64,000 bases of DNA from Azolla caroliniana (GCA_043228905.1 JBHGNT010000020.1:6448001-6512000); one strand, 5' to 3'; shown: positions 10,466-25,199, numbered from the stretch's first letter. The notes: generated by a model from the letters alone, not told the origin. Translations and numbers: made by a program.

Positions 10466-12827
10466 AGTACATCCTCTTGACTAATGACGGTGAGCTAGAG
10501 TGCTATGATGAAGCCATTGCCGAAGACCACAGAGAGAAATGGTTGAGCACGATGAAAGATGAGATGCACTCCTTGCATGAAAACTACACCTACGACCTGG
10601 TAGAATTATCGAAAGGTAAGAGAGCACCCAGGAACAAATGGGTCTACAAGGTGAAGACTAGAGAGGTCGACAGTGCGCCTAGGTATAAAGCCCGTATTGT
10701 GGTGAAGGGTTTCCAACAAAAAAGGGCGTTGACTTTGAGGAAATATTCGCTCCTGTCATGAAGATGACATCCATTAGAATTGTTCTGAGCATAGCTACCA
10801 ACATGGATCTGGAGATCGAACAGTTGTATGTCAAGACGACATTCTTGCACGGGGAGTTGGATGAAGACATTTACATGCAACAACCTGAAGGCTTTGTGGA
10901 GGAAGGGAAAGAGAACATGGTGTATCGACAGAAGAAAAGCTTGTCTGGGTTGAAACAAGCTCCATGCCAATGGTACAAGAAGTTTGAGTCCTTCATGGTG
11001 GAACATAGGTTCCAGAAAACACAGGCTGAACATTGTGTGTTCGTCAAAAGGTACGACGAAGGTGACTTCTTGATTCTCATGTTATATGTAGATGACATGT
11101 TGATAGTCGGTCAAGATACAACGAAGATCAGAAGCTTGAAGAAAGCTCTAGGCATATCGTTTGACATGAAAGATCTTGGACCAGCTAGACAGATCTTAAG
11201 CATGTACATAGTTTGAGATAGAACTAAGAAAGTGGGGTGGTTTTCACAAGAGAAATACTTGACTAAGATCCTAGAAAGATTCAACATGTCAAAAGCAAAG
11301 CCGGTCGGCTTTGTGTTGTTGACTAACTGCAAGTTAAATGCAAAGCAATGCCCGAGAGGGGAGAAAGAAAAGGTTGAGATGAGGAAAGTACCATATGCCT
11401 CAGCCGTCGGCAGTCTAATGTACGCTATGGTCTACACGAGACCAAACATAGCATTTGTTGTGGGAACAGTAAGCCGATACATGAGTAATCCAGGACGAGA
11501 ACATTGGGTAGCAGTGAAATGGATACTCAAGTACTTAAAAGGCACCTCGGGTGTGTGTCTTAAGTATGGTGTCGAAAAACCCATGCTCGAAGGGTTTACC
11601 GACTCGGACATGTTGGGAGATGTGGACTCAAGCCAATCCATGTCAGGGTACATGATGACCTATGCAGGGGGAGCAGTGTCGTGACAGTCACGACTACAGA
11701 AATTTGTAGCCTTGTCGACCACAAAGGCAGAGTACATGGCAGCGGTAGAGGCCGGCAAGGAGTTGATTTGGATGAGAAACTTTCTCAGCGAGCTGGGGAT
11801 GAATCAAAAAGATTTATTGCTTCACTGTGACAGCTAGAGTGCCATACATCTAGCCAAGAATGTTGCATATCACTCCCAGACCAAGCACATATAGCGAAGG
11901 TATCACTAGCTACGAGAGAAAGTCGAAGGTATCACTAGTTTACCCTCATGAAGATCCATACTGACGACAATGGATCCGACATGCTTGCAAAGAACCTATC
12001 GATGGACTGACTTAGAGTCTGTCGACAGAGGATGAGAATAACGGACTCCTCCCCACAGGAGTGACGGGGGAGTTTGTTAGGAATATGTCCCTCTAGTGGG
12101 AGGAGTCGACTGCTCGAAGAGAGCCGACAGTTGAGGAGTCAACTCAGAGAGAGTTAATCGAGGTCGAACACACGACCGGCTAGTCGGGCCGACCGGATGG
12201 TCGATGACCAGGTCGACTAATCAGACCGACCCGACAGTCGACGAATGAATCGGCTGATTAGTAAGACTAATATTATTATTATCATTGGATAATAATCATG
12301 GCCAAGATTGTAAATAGCCCATTTAGTGTATTAGTATAAATACAGCTAGGGCAAACAGAATGTAGTGAGAGATTGTGAGAATAGTGTGTGTGATCCTCTG
12401 TTGTAGTTAATGATAGAGAAGTGTGAGAACGTGAGGGGAGTCTGTGTGAGCGGCGCCATAGCTATGTTCTGTAACCGCATACGCCAAGAACCCTGCGCGG
12501 CTGATACACTCAGTGCAGAGAGTGTTGTACTCTAATCTCGTTATTGTATATCCCCTGTATAGTGAAGCTCCCTTCTCCGTGGTTTTCTCCTACTTTAGGG
12601 TTTCCACGTAAAATATGCGTACACTTTCATCTGCGTTTCCGTTCTGTGTTTCCGAACTATGTATTTCAGCACATGCCTTAGTGTGGAATGATGATTCGTT
12701 TCTCGTCAAACACTTTCCCCATGGGCATGGCCTCCATATTGATCTTTCTTCTTGAATGACGCCTTTTTGAAGGATGATCCATCTTAGACTCCTTAGCTTT
12801 TTCTCTATTTGAGAGTTACTTGAGTCC

Positions 12828-12867
12828 TGTAAACCTAAGTGTTTGCGGAAGCGTAAAATAGAGAACA

Positions 12868-12908
<41 letters not shown>

Positions 12909-15900
12909 AAGTAGAACACAATTTCAAAACTATATCTAGACTCTGTACACACACTGTGCTAAGTAGCACTATTTATACAAGTCCTCTTGGGACTGACAGA
13001 AGTACCATGTACTTCAATGCTCACACGAGCATCTGGCACTTACTACGAGACTATAGCTACCTAGTAGTCTATCCTATACTAGGCTTCCGATTGGACTTCC
13101 GGTTACAAATTGCACCCGGCCTCCACTGCTTGCCGGTTCGGTTGCTCACCATCATACCGATCCGTTTCGCCCGATCCGTCTCGCTTACCGGCTCCGGCTT
13201 ATTCAGCCGATCCGGCTCCGGTTGAGCTTGCCGCTCAACACTCCCCCTCAAGCTCAACCTGAGGTGGGGTCGTAGTGTCGACCTCTGTGGCAGTCGGTTC
13301 TTCTAACCGACTTCTCCTGGCGTCACTCCGCCTTGCTCGCGCTCCTCGTCCGGTCCGGTCCCGTTTGCCGCGACCCCTTTGGTTCTGCGCGCCTCGACCC
13401 TCTCGGTCGGCATGTCTGCTCAATAGGCCCATCTCAGCACTCACGTTGTTGTAACTCCGGCGCTTGCCGATCCGTCGGTTCTCCCACGATGGCATCGACT
13501 TCCGCTGTGTCCGTGTCCTCTTGGCCTTCAGTCGATCCAACTCATCCGGATCCATCTGTTGATCCGAGTCAGCTGTCTCCGACTCGTTCCAGCTCTTGTC
13601 CGAATCGGTACACTCCGATTCGACTTCCGGCTTTAGGCCTCTCACCACATCGGACCACTTCCGAGTCTTGGCCTTCTCCATGCTTCCCTCGGCTTCTTCA
13701 ACCGGTGAACCGAAATCAAATTCTTCATTCGACTCCGCATCATGGTCAGTACCGTCGTGATGACCTCCGCACAGCATGCACTTCTCTTCCTAAGTGCACA
13801 ACTCTTCTTCACAGCCGCTTGCTCCGACCTGTTCGGATGTGTCGACTTCCTTCGTCGACTCGGCTTCCTTCATCTTCTTGTCTCCTCTTCTTCCGGCTCT
13901 CCTCTTACCGACGGGTTCAACAATTTTTTTGCCTTTGCCCGTTTCGATAGAGACTTTGCCCTTGCTTCTCCCCCTCAAGTGCGGCACATCGAGATGCTGA
14001 ATACCAAGCATGTCGGTAAAGTGCTGCAACTTGTCCGATCCGAGCGGCTTGGTGAAGATGTCGGCAACTTGCCGATCCGTATGAACATACCGTAGGTCAA
14101 TTTCACCGCTCAGGACCCGCTCACGCACGAAGTGGTAGTGCACCTCGATGTGCTTTGTGCGAGCATGGAACACAAGGTTCCTGGCGAGCTGTAGGCTGCT
14201 CATGTTATCGCAGTAAATCGGAATCAGGATCGGTACCTCGATCCGCAAGTCTCGCAGCAGTCGCCGAAGCCAGATGGCTTCACAAGTGGCAATGGTAGCG
14301 GCCTGGTACTCAGCCTCAGTGCTTGACAAAGCCACTGTGGGCTGCTTCTTGCTGCTCCACGCAATGGCCGCGCTACCTATGGAGAACATGTATCCGGAAG
14401 TGGAGCGGCGATCAGACGCATCGCCGGCCCAGTCAGCATCTGTGTAACCGACAAGCTCTTCGGGTATACCTCGCCGGTATAGCAGTCCCCGGTCCTTAGT
14501 GCCACTGACATACCGTAATATTCGTTGCGCGCACTGAAGGTGCTCCACGGTCGACTTCTGCATGAACTGACTTACCATGCCGACCGGATAGCTGATGTCG
14601 GGTCGGGTGATGGTTAAGTAGATCAGGCTTCCCACAACCTGTCGGAACCATTTCTCATTGCAGGCCGGTCCGAAGTTGGGACGGAGCTTCTGGTTCCGGT
14701 CCAGGGGTGTGGAGACAGGTCGGCAATCCGTCATGCCGAACTTATACAGCATATTCAACACGTAATGTCGTTGTGAGAGCAATATGCCGTCGGGGGTCCG
14801 GATCACTTCGATCCCAAGAAAATAATGAAGGTCCCCCAGGTCCTTCATTTCGAATGCGTCCGACAACTGGGACATGACGCGGTTGATTTCGGGAAGACCC
14901 GGTCTGGTGATGACTAAATCATCCACATACAAGAGTATACATACCAGACCGTCAGAGCCTTGCTGGATGAACAATGAAGAGTCCGACTTAGAGACAGCAA
15001 ACCCCAGCTTACGCAACCGGTGCGTGATCTTCGCGTTCCAAGCTCAGGGGGCTTGCTTCAAGCCGTAAAGCGACTTCTTCAGTCGGCATACCGCCGACTT
15101 GTTCATCTCCGATTGAAATCCGGGGGGCTGAGTCATAAAGACTTCTTCTTCAAGCTCTCCTTGAAGGAACGCGTTCTTCACATCCATCTGGTGAAGATGC
15201 CACCCCCTTGCCGCAATAACCGCCAGTACCACACGAACCGTCGTCATCTTCGCCACAGGAGCGAAGATCTCGTCGTAGTCGATTCCGTGGGTCTGCACGT
15301 ATCCCTTCGCCACTAACCGGTCTTTGTACCAGTTAACAGAACCGTCGGCGTTGTGCTTGACCTTGTACACCCACTTGCATCCGATCGGTTTACAGTGACG
15401 GGGAGGATCAACTAGGTCCCAGGTTTCGTTGGCATCGAGTGCGCGCATTTCTTCATCCATAGCGGCACGCCAATTTGCGTCCTTTGCCGCTTCTACGTAG
15501 CTCTCCGGCTCACGTACTTCTATTACCTTAGTCATGTACGCATAATGATGCGCCATGTATTCATTGTACCCGTACCGCATGACGGGATTCTTCTGGCGGG
15601 TTGATCGGCGCAGCGCACCGTCACCTGATTTGAGGCCCTTCTTGGCCAGTTCGGTCTTCGTTGCCGAAGATCCGCCTTTCTCCTTTCCGGAGTCGGATAC
15701 GCACCGATCCGACTCATCTTTGCCGGTTTCGAATTCCGGCATCTTCCTCTTCCCCTTCTCTTTGCGCGTGAACCGTTTCCTTGGTTCCTTGCGCGGGGAG
15801 AGCACGGCAGAGTCTCCAACACTTGCCGTCTCTTCATCCGACTGGTCCAACCGACTCAGTCGCTCGTTCGGTCCACTCAACCGAAACGATTCCGAACTCT

Positions 15901-18413
15901 CATCTTGAGTCCCGGCTTCATCATCCTCTGCCAGGGCTGATTCAGGCTCACTGGCCTGATCCTCCGGCATTGGGTCGGGATCGGAAGTCGGAGTCGGTAC
16001 GGAGTACCAAGATGCCGATTCGTCGAACTCCACATCCCGGCTAACCCGGACTTCCTTCGTCCGGGGGTTATAGCACTTATACCCCTTTTGCTCTTGAGCA
16101 TAGCCGACTAGGATGCATTTTTCCGATTTTGCATCCAGCTTTCTCCGCTTCTGATCCGGCACATGCACATACGTTATGCTGCCGAATATCCGAAGGTGTC
16201 TTAAGTTCGGCTTGCGCCCGAAATACAGCTCATGAGCTGACACCTTGTCACCAATGCGGTTTTGTATGTAGACGGCCGTCTGAACCGCCTCTACCTAGTA
16301 GAACCGGGGCATGCTCTTTTCCTCCAGCATTGCCCTCGCCGCTTCGACGAGTGTCTGGTTCTTCCTTTCGGCCACACCGTTTTGCTCCGGTGTGTATTTG
16401 CAGCTGAACTCTCGCCAAATTCCCTTCTGCTGCAGATAACTAGTGAATTGGCCGGAAAAATATTCCTTTCCACCATCCGACCGAAGGCATTTGATCTTCC
16501 TCTCCGATTCCCGTTCCACCATCTTCTGGAGGCTCCGGAAACAGTCGAAGACTTCACTCTTCCGCTCAATGAGGTAGATCCAAGTATGCCGAGTATAGTC
16601 GTCGATGAAGGAGACGAAGTATCGGCTCCCGCCAAGGCTTACACTTTGTGACGGTCCCCACACATCCGAATGGATGAGATCGAGCTTGTTACGGCTCCGG
16701 TTCCGTTTGGTGGGGAATGGCAGCCGATGTTGCTTCCCAGGTTGGCAGGCTTCACAAATTTTGGCTCTCCGGCCGCTGAACTTCGGCAAACCGAAAACGA
16801 CTTGTTTCGTTTGCAGATCTTGAAGCCTTCGGTAGTTGACGTGGCCTATCCGCTTGTGCCACAGGTCGATGTCCGACTCGACCTTCTGTCATTTCACGAA
16901 CAGAGCGGTGCCAAATTCATTGGTGTCGAGGATAAACATCCTCCCGTCTCTGCGCCCTTGCGCAATGACTTCGCCCTCATCCTCAATGAAGCACCCGAGG
17001 TGCGTAAACTGCACCTGCATCCCCTGGTCGACAATCTGACCGACAGACACCAGGTTCTTCGTGATCGTCGGAACGTGTAACACGTTCATCAGCTTCCCTT
17101 TCTGTCCGACGTGGCTTAGAGGGACTTCTCCGATGTGCACGATTGGGTGAGGAGTGTCGTCTCCGGTTTCGACTACTCCTGGTTGATCCGGTCTCTCCAG
17201 AAAGGAGAACCACTCTTTGTGGCTCGTCATGTGGTTCGACGCGCCGGAATCAACATACCACACTTCCTCCGTTTTGGAAGTGGTCTTCTTCATTGAGTTT
17301 GCCTTGTGATTCATCACCAAGGTTGGCCCCTTACCGGCCTTTCCGGTTCCGGATCCTTCTGATCCCTTTGCGTAGTGCGAGTTTTGCCGGCCATCCTTAC
17401 CGGTCTTGCCGGATCCGGATTTGTCCGAATCGGCACGCTTTCTCCAGCACTCACTTTCCCTGTGGCCCTTTTTGCCACAGTACCAGCATTCCGTAGCGGA
17501 TTTGTCTTGCCGGCTTCCGGCACCGCCTTGACTCCCCCTACTTGTGGAAATCCCGAAATTGTTGTCGGCACGCTCATAGTGCCTCCGTTCCTGCTCTTGC
17601 CGGCCGCCTCCATTGCGTGCCGACCCACCTCTTCCACCACGCCCATGGAGCCGATCCGTTCCCGTGTACAGCATTCGGTTGTCTGGGGATGCACTGGTAG
17701 ATGCACCGGCGTGGTTCTCCTCTACAAGGAGCATCGACTGTAAGTCGAAGAATGAGGGGGTATTCTCCCTTGTACACACCGCAGTCCGGAACGCTCCGAA
17801 CTTGGACGCCAGGCCTCCGAGGCATACCTGCACCATCTCGTCTTCCTCTACGGTAACATTGATAGAGGCAAGCGAGTCGCAGATCTCCTTTATCCGGCCC
17901 GTGTAGCCTGCCACGGACATGTTCTTCTGTCGAACATTGCTCAACTCCTGTCTCAGTTGCAGCTTCCGGGCAGTGGTGCTTGCGGCAAAAACCTTTTTCA
18001 GGTTCCCCCAAGCGTCCTTCGGTGTCTTGGCATCATGGATGTGGCTGAGCAGCTGATCGCCGACACTGGACGCGGAGCAGTACATCACCCTGCTTGCCGC
18101 TTGTTCCCATACCGGGAAGTCCTTGTGTGCCGAGTCGGGCGCCGCATCATTCGCTCCTTCGACATAACTCCAGTACCTGTGTCCAAGCAGGTACTGGTGC
18201 ATCTTGTAAGACCAGGATGCGTAGTTGCTCCTGTCGAGCTTCTCCACCGGGAGCGACGTAGCCATGCCTCTATCCATGTCTTCTACTGTGTCTGTTTTCA
18301 ACCTGTTAGGGTTTTCTTCTCAAGAGTAAATGTCTGCAGCAAAGGTTCTCAACCCTAGTGCTTTGATACCATGTAAACGTAAGTGTTTGCGGAAGCGTAA
18401 AACAGAGAACAAC

Positions 18414-18449
<36 letters not shown>

Positions 18450-18778
18450 CAGAACACAATTTCAAAATTATATCTAGACTCTGTACACACACTGTGCTAA
18501 GTAGCACTATTTATACAAGTCCTCTTGGGACTGACAGAAGTACCATGTACTTCAATGCTCACACGAGCATCTGGCACTTACTACGAGACTATAGCTACCT
18601 AGTAGTCTATCCTATACTAGGCTTCCGATTGGACTTCCGGTTACAGATTGCACCCGGCCTCCACTGCTTGCCGGTTCGGTTGCTCACCATCATACCGATC
18701 CGTTTCGCCCGATCCGTCTCGCTTACCGGCTCCAACTTATTCAGCCGATCCGGCTCCGGTTGAGCTTGCCGCTCAACA
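12828..18778 (-). mobile_element. Full-length Ty1/Copia element with disrupted ORF
   Basis: LTRs 18372-18778 and 12828-13240 are highly similar. TSD AGTCC on both sides, PBS TGGTATCAAAGC (tRNA-iMet type) at 18360-18371, PPT TGAGGGGGAG at 13241-13250. Confidence 0.97.
13235..18301 (-). pseudogene. Copia gag-pol with C-terminal extension
   Basis: CWYCGKKGHRESEC zinc knuckle, WYVDSGASNHM protease, IHSDVWGP and PEQNGVAER integrase, YVDDL RT, TDADWAG and ADIFTK RNase H. Stops at 16889, 16295, 15044 and 13790, and a frameshift near 16800. Confidence 0.93.
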
Positions 18779-18783
18779 AGTCC

Positions 18784-19075
18784 CCTTCCACCTCTTTGCC
18801 CTTATTGGTTGCTCTAGTTCTCTTGATTGGAACAACATCACAATCATTGTCAGTATCATACATAAAATCAAGAAGATTTACATTGGGAGGTATAGTTGGA
18901 ACTTGAGCCATTGGCAATGGTCGTCCATCACTAGAAACTTGACTATTGTTATTTGCATGGTTGTTAAGGGAATTTGAACCTCCTTGAACTTGATAGATAC
19001 CTTGTCCTAAACCTCCTTGTCTTCTCAAAGGACACTGTGTGTCATGATATAGCATGGTATGTCTTCAAAAGGGTT
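18784..19075 (-). pseudogene. Remnant of an older element, probably a Gypsy gag-protease linker, continuing at 12709-12827
   Basis: DVVPIKRTRATNKGKEVEG continues across the Copia insertion towards KRRHSRRKINMEAMPMG. Assignment by resemblance only. Confidence 0.35.
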
Positions 19076-19129
19076 TCTACCCATGATCTTGTGTCACATG
19101 GGTTGAAGCCCTACCATTAAGCTATACAT

Positions 19130-20490
19130 TGTAATACGAAGAATATTGTTTTCATTTATTATTTCACCTAGGAAATCCATGTATATTCTAAATTTCTCTG
19201 GAACATTCTAGAAATGTTAAGAATACTCCTAAGCACACTATAAAAAGAGGTACATGGCATTATTGAGAACCAATTCGGTTCAACGCCAGTCTTAAGCCTC
19301 CTAGTTGTTCTTGTATCTTTCTCCATATAATATAATATACTTCTTGTTGTCATCATTATCTCTCTCTCACTCTCACTCTCACTCTCTCCTCTCTCATGAT
19401 TCTCGCACACTCTTTCCCTTCTTAGTACTAATCCTCATTCTTCTCCTCTATCTTTAGTATCCCTCCTTCCCTTCATATGATGGCATCTGTTTGTAGTCAA
19501 GAATACCAATCTGTTTTCTCAAAGCTGCAGTGCTTGAAAGAAAGGTTCGTCGCATTGGAACAAGAAAGTCAACGGTTGTTGGGGGATCTTCAACAAATCT
19601 CTTTAGAAAAGCAGCAAGCGCAACAACAACATGGGGAGCTAGCATTATGTGTGCAACAACTTGAAGCAACCATTGTAGCATTGCAACAACAAGGACCAAG
19701 TACTCAAGGGATTCATAAAGAGCCCAAGATTGGCCTTCCTATGAAATTCGATGGAACGCATTCACAATTCAAAGGATTCCTTAATCAGGTACGATTAGTC
19801 ATTCAAATGGATCCTTCCCGATATCCCACCGATCCATCATGAGTGGGTCTAGTAGGCATGTTGCTGAGCGGCTCAGTTTTGGCATGGTTCACTCCGTTGT
19901 TAGAAAAAATATCTCCATTACTAAATAATTTTGAAGATTTTATAAGCGAGTTTAATGCATGTTTTGGAGATACTGATAGCATACGGACGGCAATCAACAA
20001 AATCTGACGATTATGTCAAGGTGATCATCCAACCTCTGCTTACGCTGCAAATTTCCATCTACTCCCTTCCGATATCCCTTGGGATGATCAAGCATTGATG
20101 GAGCCATTTCTATACAGCCTACGAAATTATGTCAAAGAATTACTCCTGACTTTCCCCAAAGAAACAAAATCAGTAATAGAGGCAAGCAATCGAATGGTAC
20201 GATGCGATAACTAGCTTTTCGAACGATGTTCGGAATGCCAGTTACAAATACCAAGGACCAGGTCGGAACCCAGATATGCCTCAGTCATAACAAAACTATT
20301 TGCAAGGGAGTCATATAATGCATCTATGGCAAATACTCCAACACCAATGGAAATTGACACCACACGTTGTCGTGGACCATTGTCAGAAGAAGAAAAGCAA
20401 CAACGTCTAGCAAATCGATTATATCTTTACTCTGGAGGACGAGGGCATATCGCAGTAAACTGTCCACATAGGCCAAGAAGACAAGTATAT
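19130..20490 (+). mobile_element. Truncated chromovirus-like (Tcn1/Sushi-type) Gypsy: LTR-like leader and decayed gag
   Basis: KEPKIGLPMKFDG...LLSGSVLAWF...PTPMEID...GPLSEEEKQ, then a decayed knuckle LYLYSGGRGHIAVNCP (19477-20470). Upstream TGTAATAC start and TATAAAA at about 19238. Confidence 0.75.
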
Positions 20491-23400
20491 CAATTATAAT
20501 CTTCTTATTCTTCCTCCTTCCTCTCTTTTTCACGCTTTTTGTAGAAATTCTTTATCTCCTATTGTTAGCTATAACACAGTGACCTTCTAATCGTCATATC
20601 TCCCTCACCAAAGCTTCATATTTAGAGATATAAAAAGCTAAAGGTAGCTCTCTTCACGAGCTTTCCAACCCATATTTACATAGGATATTTGGATTACAAA
20701 CGAAAGGTTTCAGACTATGTGAATAAAAAATATCCTTCATCATCATGGGTCGATGTGCACTATTGGCCACTATAATTTTTCAGTTGAGTTTGGATTCTTA
20801 TGAGAAAAAAGGATCACTGACAATGGATTGGTATAACTATACAGCTCTTTACTTTCCAATAAAACTTAAGCGAAATCCAAATACCAAAAGTATAAAGGCT
20901 TGGAGCTAATTCCTTACGAGCCTTTGTACTTCGAACAAAAAAAACAACTTGTTTAATTACCTGTAACAAATCATGATGTTAAGTGAAAGAGATAATAGAA
21001 AATATGATTAACAATTTCATTTTATGAAGACATCACATAGATCACTTGTATAATATTCGCATATCCAAGATTGTTTTTCAATTAAAATTGTGTTAGTGTA
21101 TGCACATGAATGTTGCTCAAATAATGTTAGAACACAAGAATCTTGTGTAATTTGTAGATAATCTAGGTTTCCTATTTATAGATGTTGATCATATGCCCAC
21201 ATGCTAGTGTTACTATAAGCTTGCACCTATAAATAGAAATAATGATTAATATACATTGTAAAGTTAACTAGAAGAGTTAATTCAGGTAAATTACCTCTAA
21301 TTCACTGTTCGTCATTTCTTCACGGAGTCTAATATCTCTTATCCATTCAGGAATTATAGGTAATTTACGTGATTTAGTGCCTCTTTGTTGTTTTTATCAA
21401 TATAGGAACTCTCTTTTACTTCTTGAATAAATTATGTTATGCATTCTCCTCCTATGAACTCAAAACAAAACCCTTTTACCTCAAATTATTTTGTAAGGCA
21501 TGGTCTTTGCCATATCTCCAAGTAAGAGGCCCATCTACATGGGTATTTGGCAAGTACTTAAAGAGAGTCAAATATTATTTTTTCCATTTAGAACATCCAT
21601 TCGAACAAATGGAAGTTCAATCTCATCAACAAAATGAATCATAATTACATTTGAACATAAAAAGAAGACACAAGTATGTAATTCTTTCTTTATTAAAAAC
21701 ACAAGCTCAATAACTTCCCTCTTTTCTCATGGTACTTCATTCAAAGATATTTCTTTTGAGGAAATTCACATCGACAATAAGGTCAAATGATGTATCTTCT
21801 CATGTTGTGGATGTCATGGAATTGTGTATGACCAATAGCAACAAATATCACACAACAAAGGAGATTATATTGATCATGTAGGAGATCTTAATGATGCCAT
21901 TATATCTTTAAGTTTAATGAGCATTACCTTAATAAAACTATGTCAACGATAGGTTTTTAGCCTCAATAATGTTGTTGCATCCATGATGAATATATTGTGC
22001 AACGACGCAACATGTCTATGGTTGCTAAATTGATTTCATCATGATATGTATAAAAAAGATTTCATGATATCCAAGAATCTGTAGGGTACTCGAGAACACA
22101 TCGATTGGTTTTTGCCAAGGTCAAAGATGTGGTTTCAAACCAGATCCCTCTAAGGTTTCTCATGTTATGTAGTGTCTTGATTAATCTTGTAATTATTCCA
22201 ACACTAACATATGTGGTATATACACTAACCAAGGTATTTCCAAATCTAGAAAAGTAAAAGCTTGATGTTTATTTTAGAATAATTAAACATGATATTCACT
22301 TATGTCTCAAGTGACTAAGAGAACAATATTATTAAAGCAATCATATAGTTTGGTTTTTTTCCAAAAAGAACTCCTTCCATTAATTATAAAATCCTTACAT
22401 AATACAAATCCCTATAGGGACACAATAATTCCATCTTATGTGGATGCCCACTGACTCAAGAAAGGGAGAAGACGACCATTGTTGGATGAAGGCTAGTCAT
22501 TGTCTTTCAACTCCATCGAAGCTACCCTTGATCGTATTGGCTCTTTAGAGTGGCTACAACTTCACTCCATATCTCTTGCGTTAACATTACTAGATGTGCA
22601 TTGTTTGGTTGGAGAAGACTCGTCTACACTACTCTTTCCATACAGTTCAAAGAGTTATTGGGCTAACCAATTCCAAGACGACATGGGATTTGGTAGTAAT
22701 AGAAGTTGAGTGGATATTGTCGATGGTGGGAAAAATAAACTTATTGTGCTTTTATCAGCAAAGTCATCCCCTCTTGTTGATGCTCGTACCTGTCACATGG
22801 GGCCTCCCATGATAACCAACATACTTTCCCTAATTGATTGTGCCTTGCACTTAGCATAATTGCAATAGGCGGCCAACCCCCCGTCATATTCAATGGGTCT
22901 TTGGGCATTCCCACAAAGTGTGTCAGATTGATTCTGTTCATTTGGGCACGCTACACAATTAGGAGAGCTAAGCTTCCCAAGTTGCCACGCTCCAAAGGAT
23001 AGTGCCTTATGTATTAATAGCCAATGGAACGTGGTAATTCACCTCACGTGATGTTGCAATCATATAGTTTAAATATTAGAATTTGAAATGAAGGTTCAAT
23101 ATTCTATTAGAATAGTTAGCTATCTTCTAATTTTTGTTGGCTATAATGTATCCTCGTATGAGCCTTCCCTTTGTGCTTATTAGGGACACCCCCTCATTTT
23201 CTTCTTAATCTTCACTTCTATTTCATCCACAAACGAGAATACACAAGAGGAACTAAATTATTCATCAAACTATATGGTGTGGATGGTGAATATGAAATCT
23301 CTATGTTAGGATTTTCTATATCATTGAAATCAGGTAAAAAGTGTATTTTAAAAATAAGTTGGTACACATTTTTTGTTCCAAGTTGCAAAGTTGTTGAATT

Positions 23401-24266
23401 TCTGCCATATTGGTTGAGAAAATATAAGAACATGTAAAAGTACAAAAAACACTTAAACCTCCTCAACATTATCCCAATCATATATATTTTCCAATGCATG
23501 TCTATTCGATAATAAATGATTATATGTGCTTTACGAATTATAATAATAAAGCTATATATGTAGACATACATATCAATTGGGAATCCAATTCAACCGTCAA
23601 TGAAACAAAAATATCTTCTAAAGTTGTACTTAGTTAAATATACTAACTGCTTGAAGGACAATTTGATAATATGTCATGATAGTATCCAATTAGTCAAATG
23701 ATATTATCTCATTCAAGGTACTTCAGAGACACCCATAAAGATATACTACTAATCACATCTCTCAAAGCCTCATAAATGTAGACATCAAGAATTTTAACTT
23801 TCAAGAAGACTTTGTAAAGCTATACAATTTTATATTATGGATTTTATATTTACTCAGAGGTATCACTATCAAGGATAGCCTGCTAATCCACAGTAGTGCT
23901 CACATTAGAATGGCACACTCAATTGCTATTAGGCCTCATTTATAAATTCATTAATAACTCACTTTATATATGGTGAATTTAAAATAGTGTGAATGAAAAA
24001 ATATAAAAGCATATGAATTTATTTGTTGTATTGAATATAGTTTAGGAAAATAAATATAAAATGAATAAAAAATGTGTTATTCAATAGATTTCAAATATAA
24101 GAATAGGTGTATTATATCACATTGTCTTTGCATGTGGTGTCTTGTTTAACCACTAAATTGATAGAGATGTTCTTTATTCTTCGACTAATTGATCCATACA
24201 TAGGGTTCATGCTCCCCACAAAGGTCCTTCTTTAAACATTTTGGGTTGGCTCCTAATGAATATAGT

Positions 24267-24588
24267 AATTTCTCATTTCATTTCAACCTTTTCGATCAGT
24301 TCAAATGCAACATTAAGAATAAGTTTTCTCATCATTTGAAATATGCATCCCTCTCAATTGGAACGACAAAACATGCAATTTCTCATTTCGTCTCAACCTT
24401 TTCAATCATTTAAAATACAACATTAAGAATAAGATTCTCATCATTTGAAATATGCATCCCTCTCAATTGGAACGACTAAATATGCAATTTCTCATTGCGT
24501 CTCAACATTTTCTATTAGTTCAAATGCAACATTTAGAATAAGATTTCTCATCATTTGAAATATGAATCCCTCCCAATTTGGAATGACA
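24267..24588. repeat. 3 x ~110-bp diverged tandem repeat
   Basis: Units start AATTTCTCATT at 24267, 24377 and 24486 and share TCTCATCATTTGAAATATG. Confidence 0.9.
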
Positions 24589-25199
24589 TATCACACAATG
24601 AGTGAATGAAGATTATCAAACTTCTTTCACATTTCACAATGGGTATATTGGGGAATCCAACCATCATGTCATTGTTATTTTAGTGTTCTAAGTATTTAAC
24701 AACTTGAATAGAGAAAGTGTGTGCATCAAGGTGATGTTGAACGATGCTAACGGTTAGGGACTCAAACATCAACAAGACAAAACCCTTTTATTCAAGAAAG
24801 TTCTAGATGAAGTCTATCAACTTTTATATTTGTCATCATCTCTCAAAGCAACGTAAAAGGACTTGTCACATATATTACACACCCGCCTCCACATAGCCAA
24901 GTCGTTCGAGTGATCTCAACTCGTGAAACCATTCATTCGTGACTAGTCATACCAAACTTGCAACATAGGAGATCGATCAACAATGAAAAACTTCAAATTT
25001 GTATTGAGAACACTTGAATGTTCCCACAATTTCAAAGGACTTAGTATGAACGAGACAAACTATGCATGAAGGCATGAAAGCCCAACTCAATAGTTACCAA
25101 GTGCATTCATCAAAGACCTAAGTACAAGGGCCAATTTATCAATTGTAGAAGAAGAGAAAATTATGTGTTTATTCTTGATAAAAGTGTGGGGAAATCAGC

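Larger units (their letters stand above)
8994..12708 (+). mobile_element. Ty1/Copia (Tnt1/Tork-like) 3' half: integrase end, RT, RNase H, PPT and 3' LTR (12075-12708); degenerate
   Basis: HLRVFGC, KPCIFMGY, YKARIVVKGF, LYVDDM and PYASAVGSLMYAM motifs with frameshifts and stops. PPT GACGGGGGAG, LTR TGTTAGG...CTCGTCA. The 5' half is not in view. Confidence 0.85.

Noticed and set aside
20500-24260. Host exons or an RT relic in the AT-rich stretch
   Set aside because: Only short ORFs and faint RT-like traces near 21900. Not supportable.
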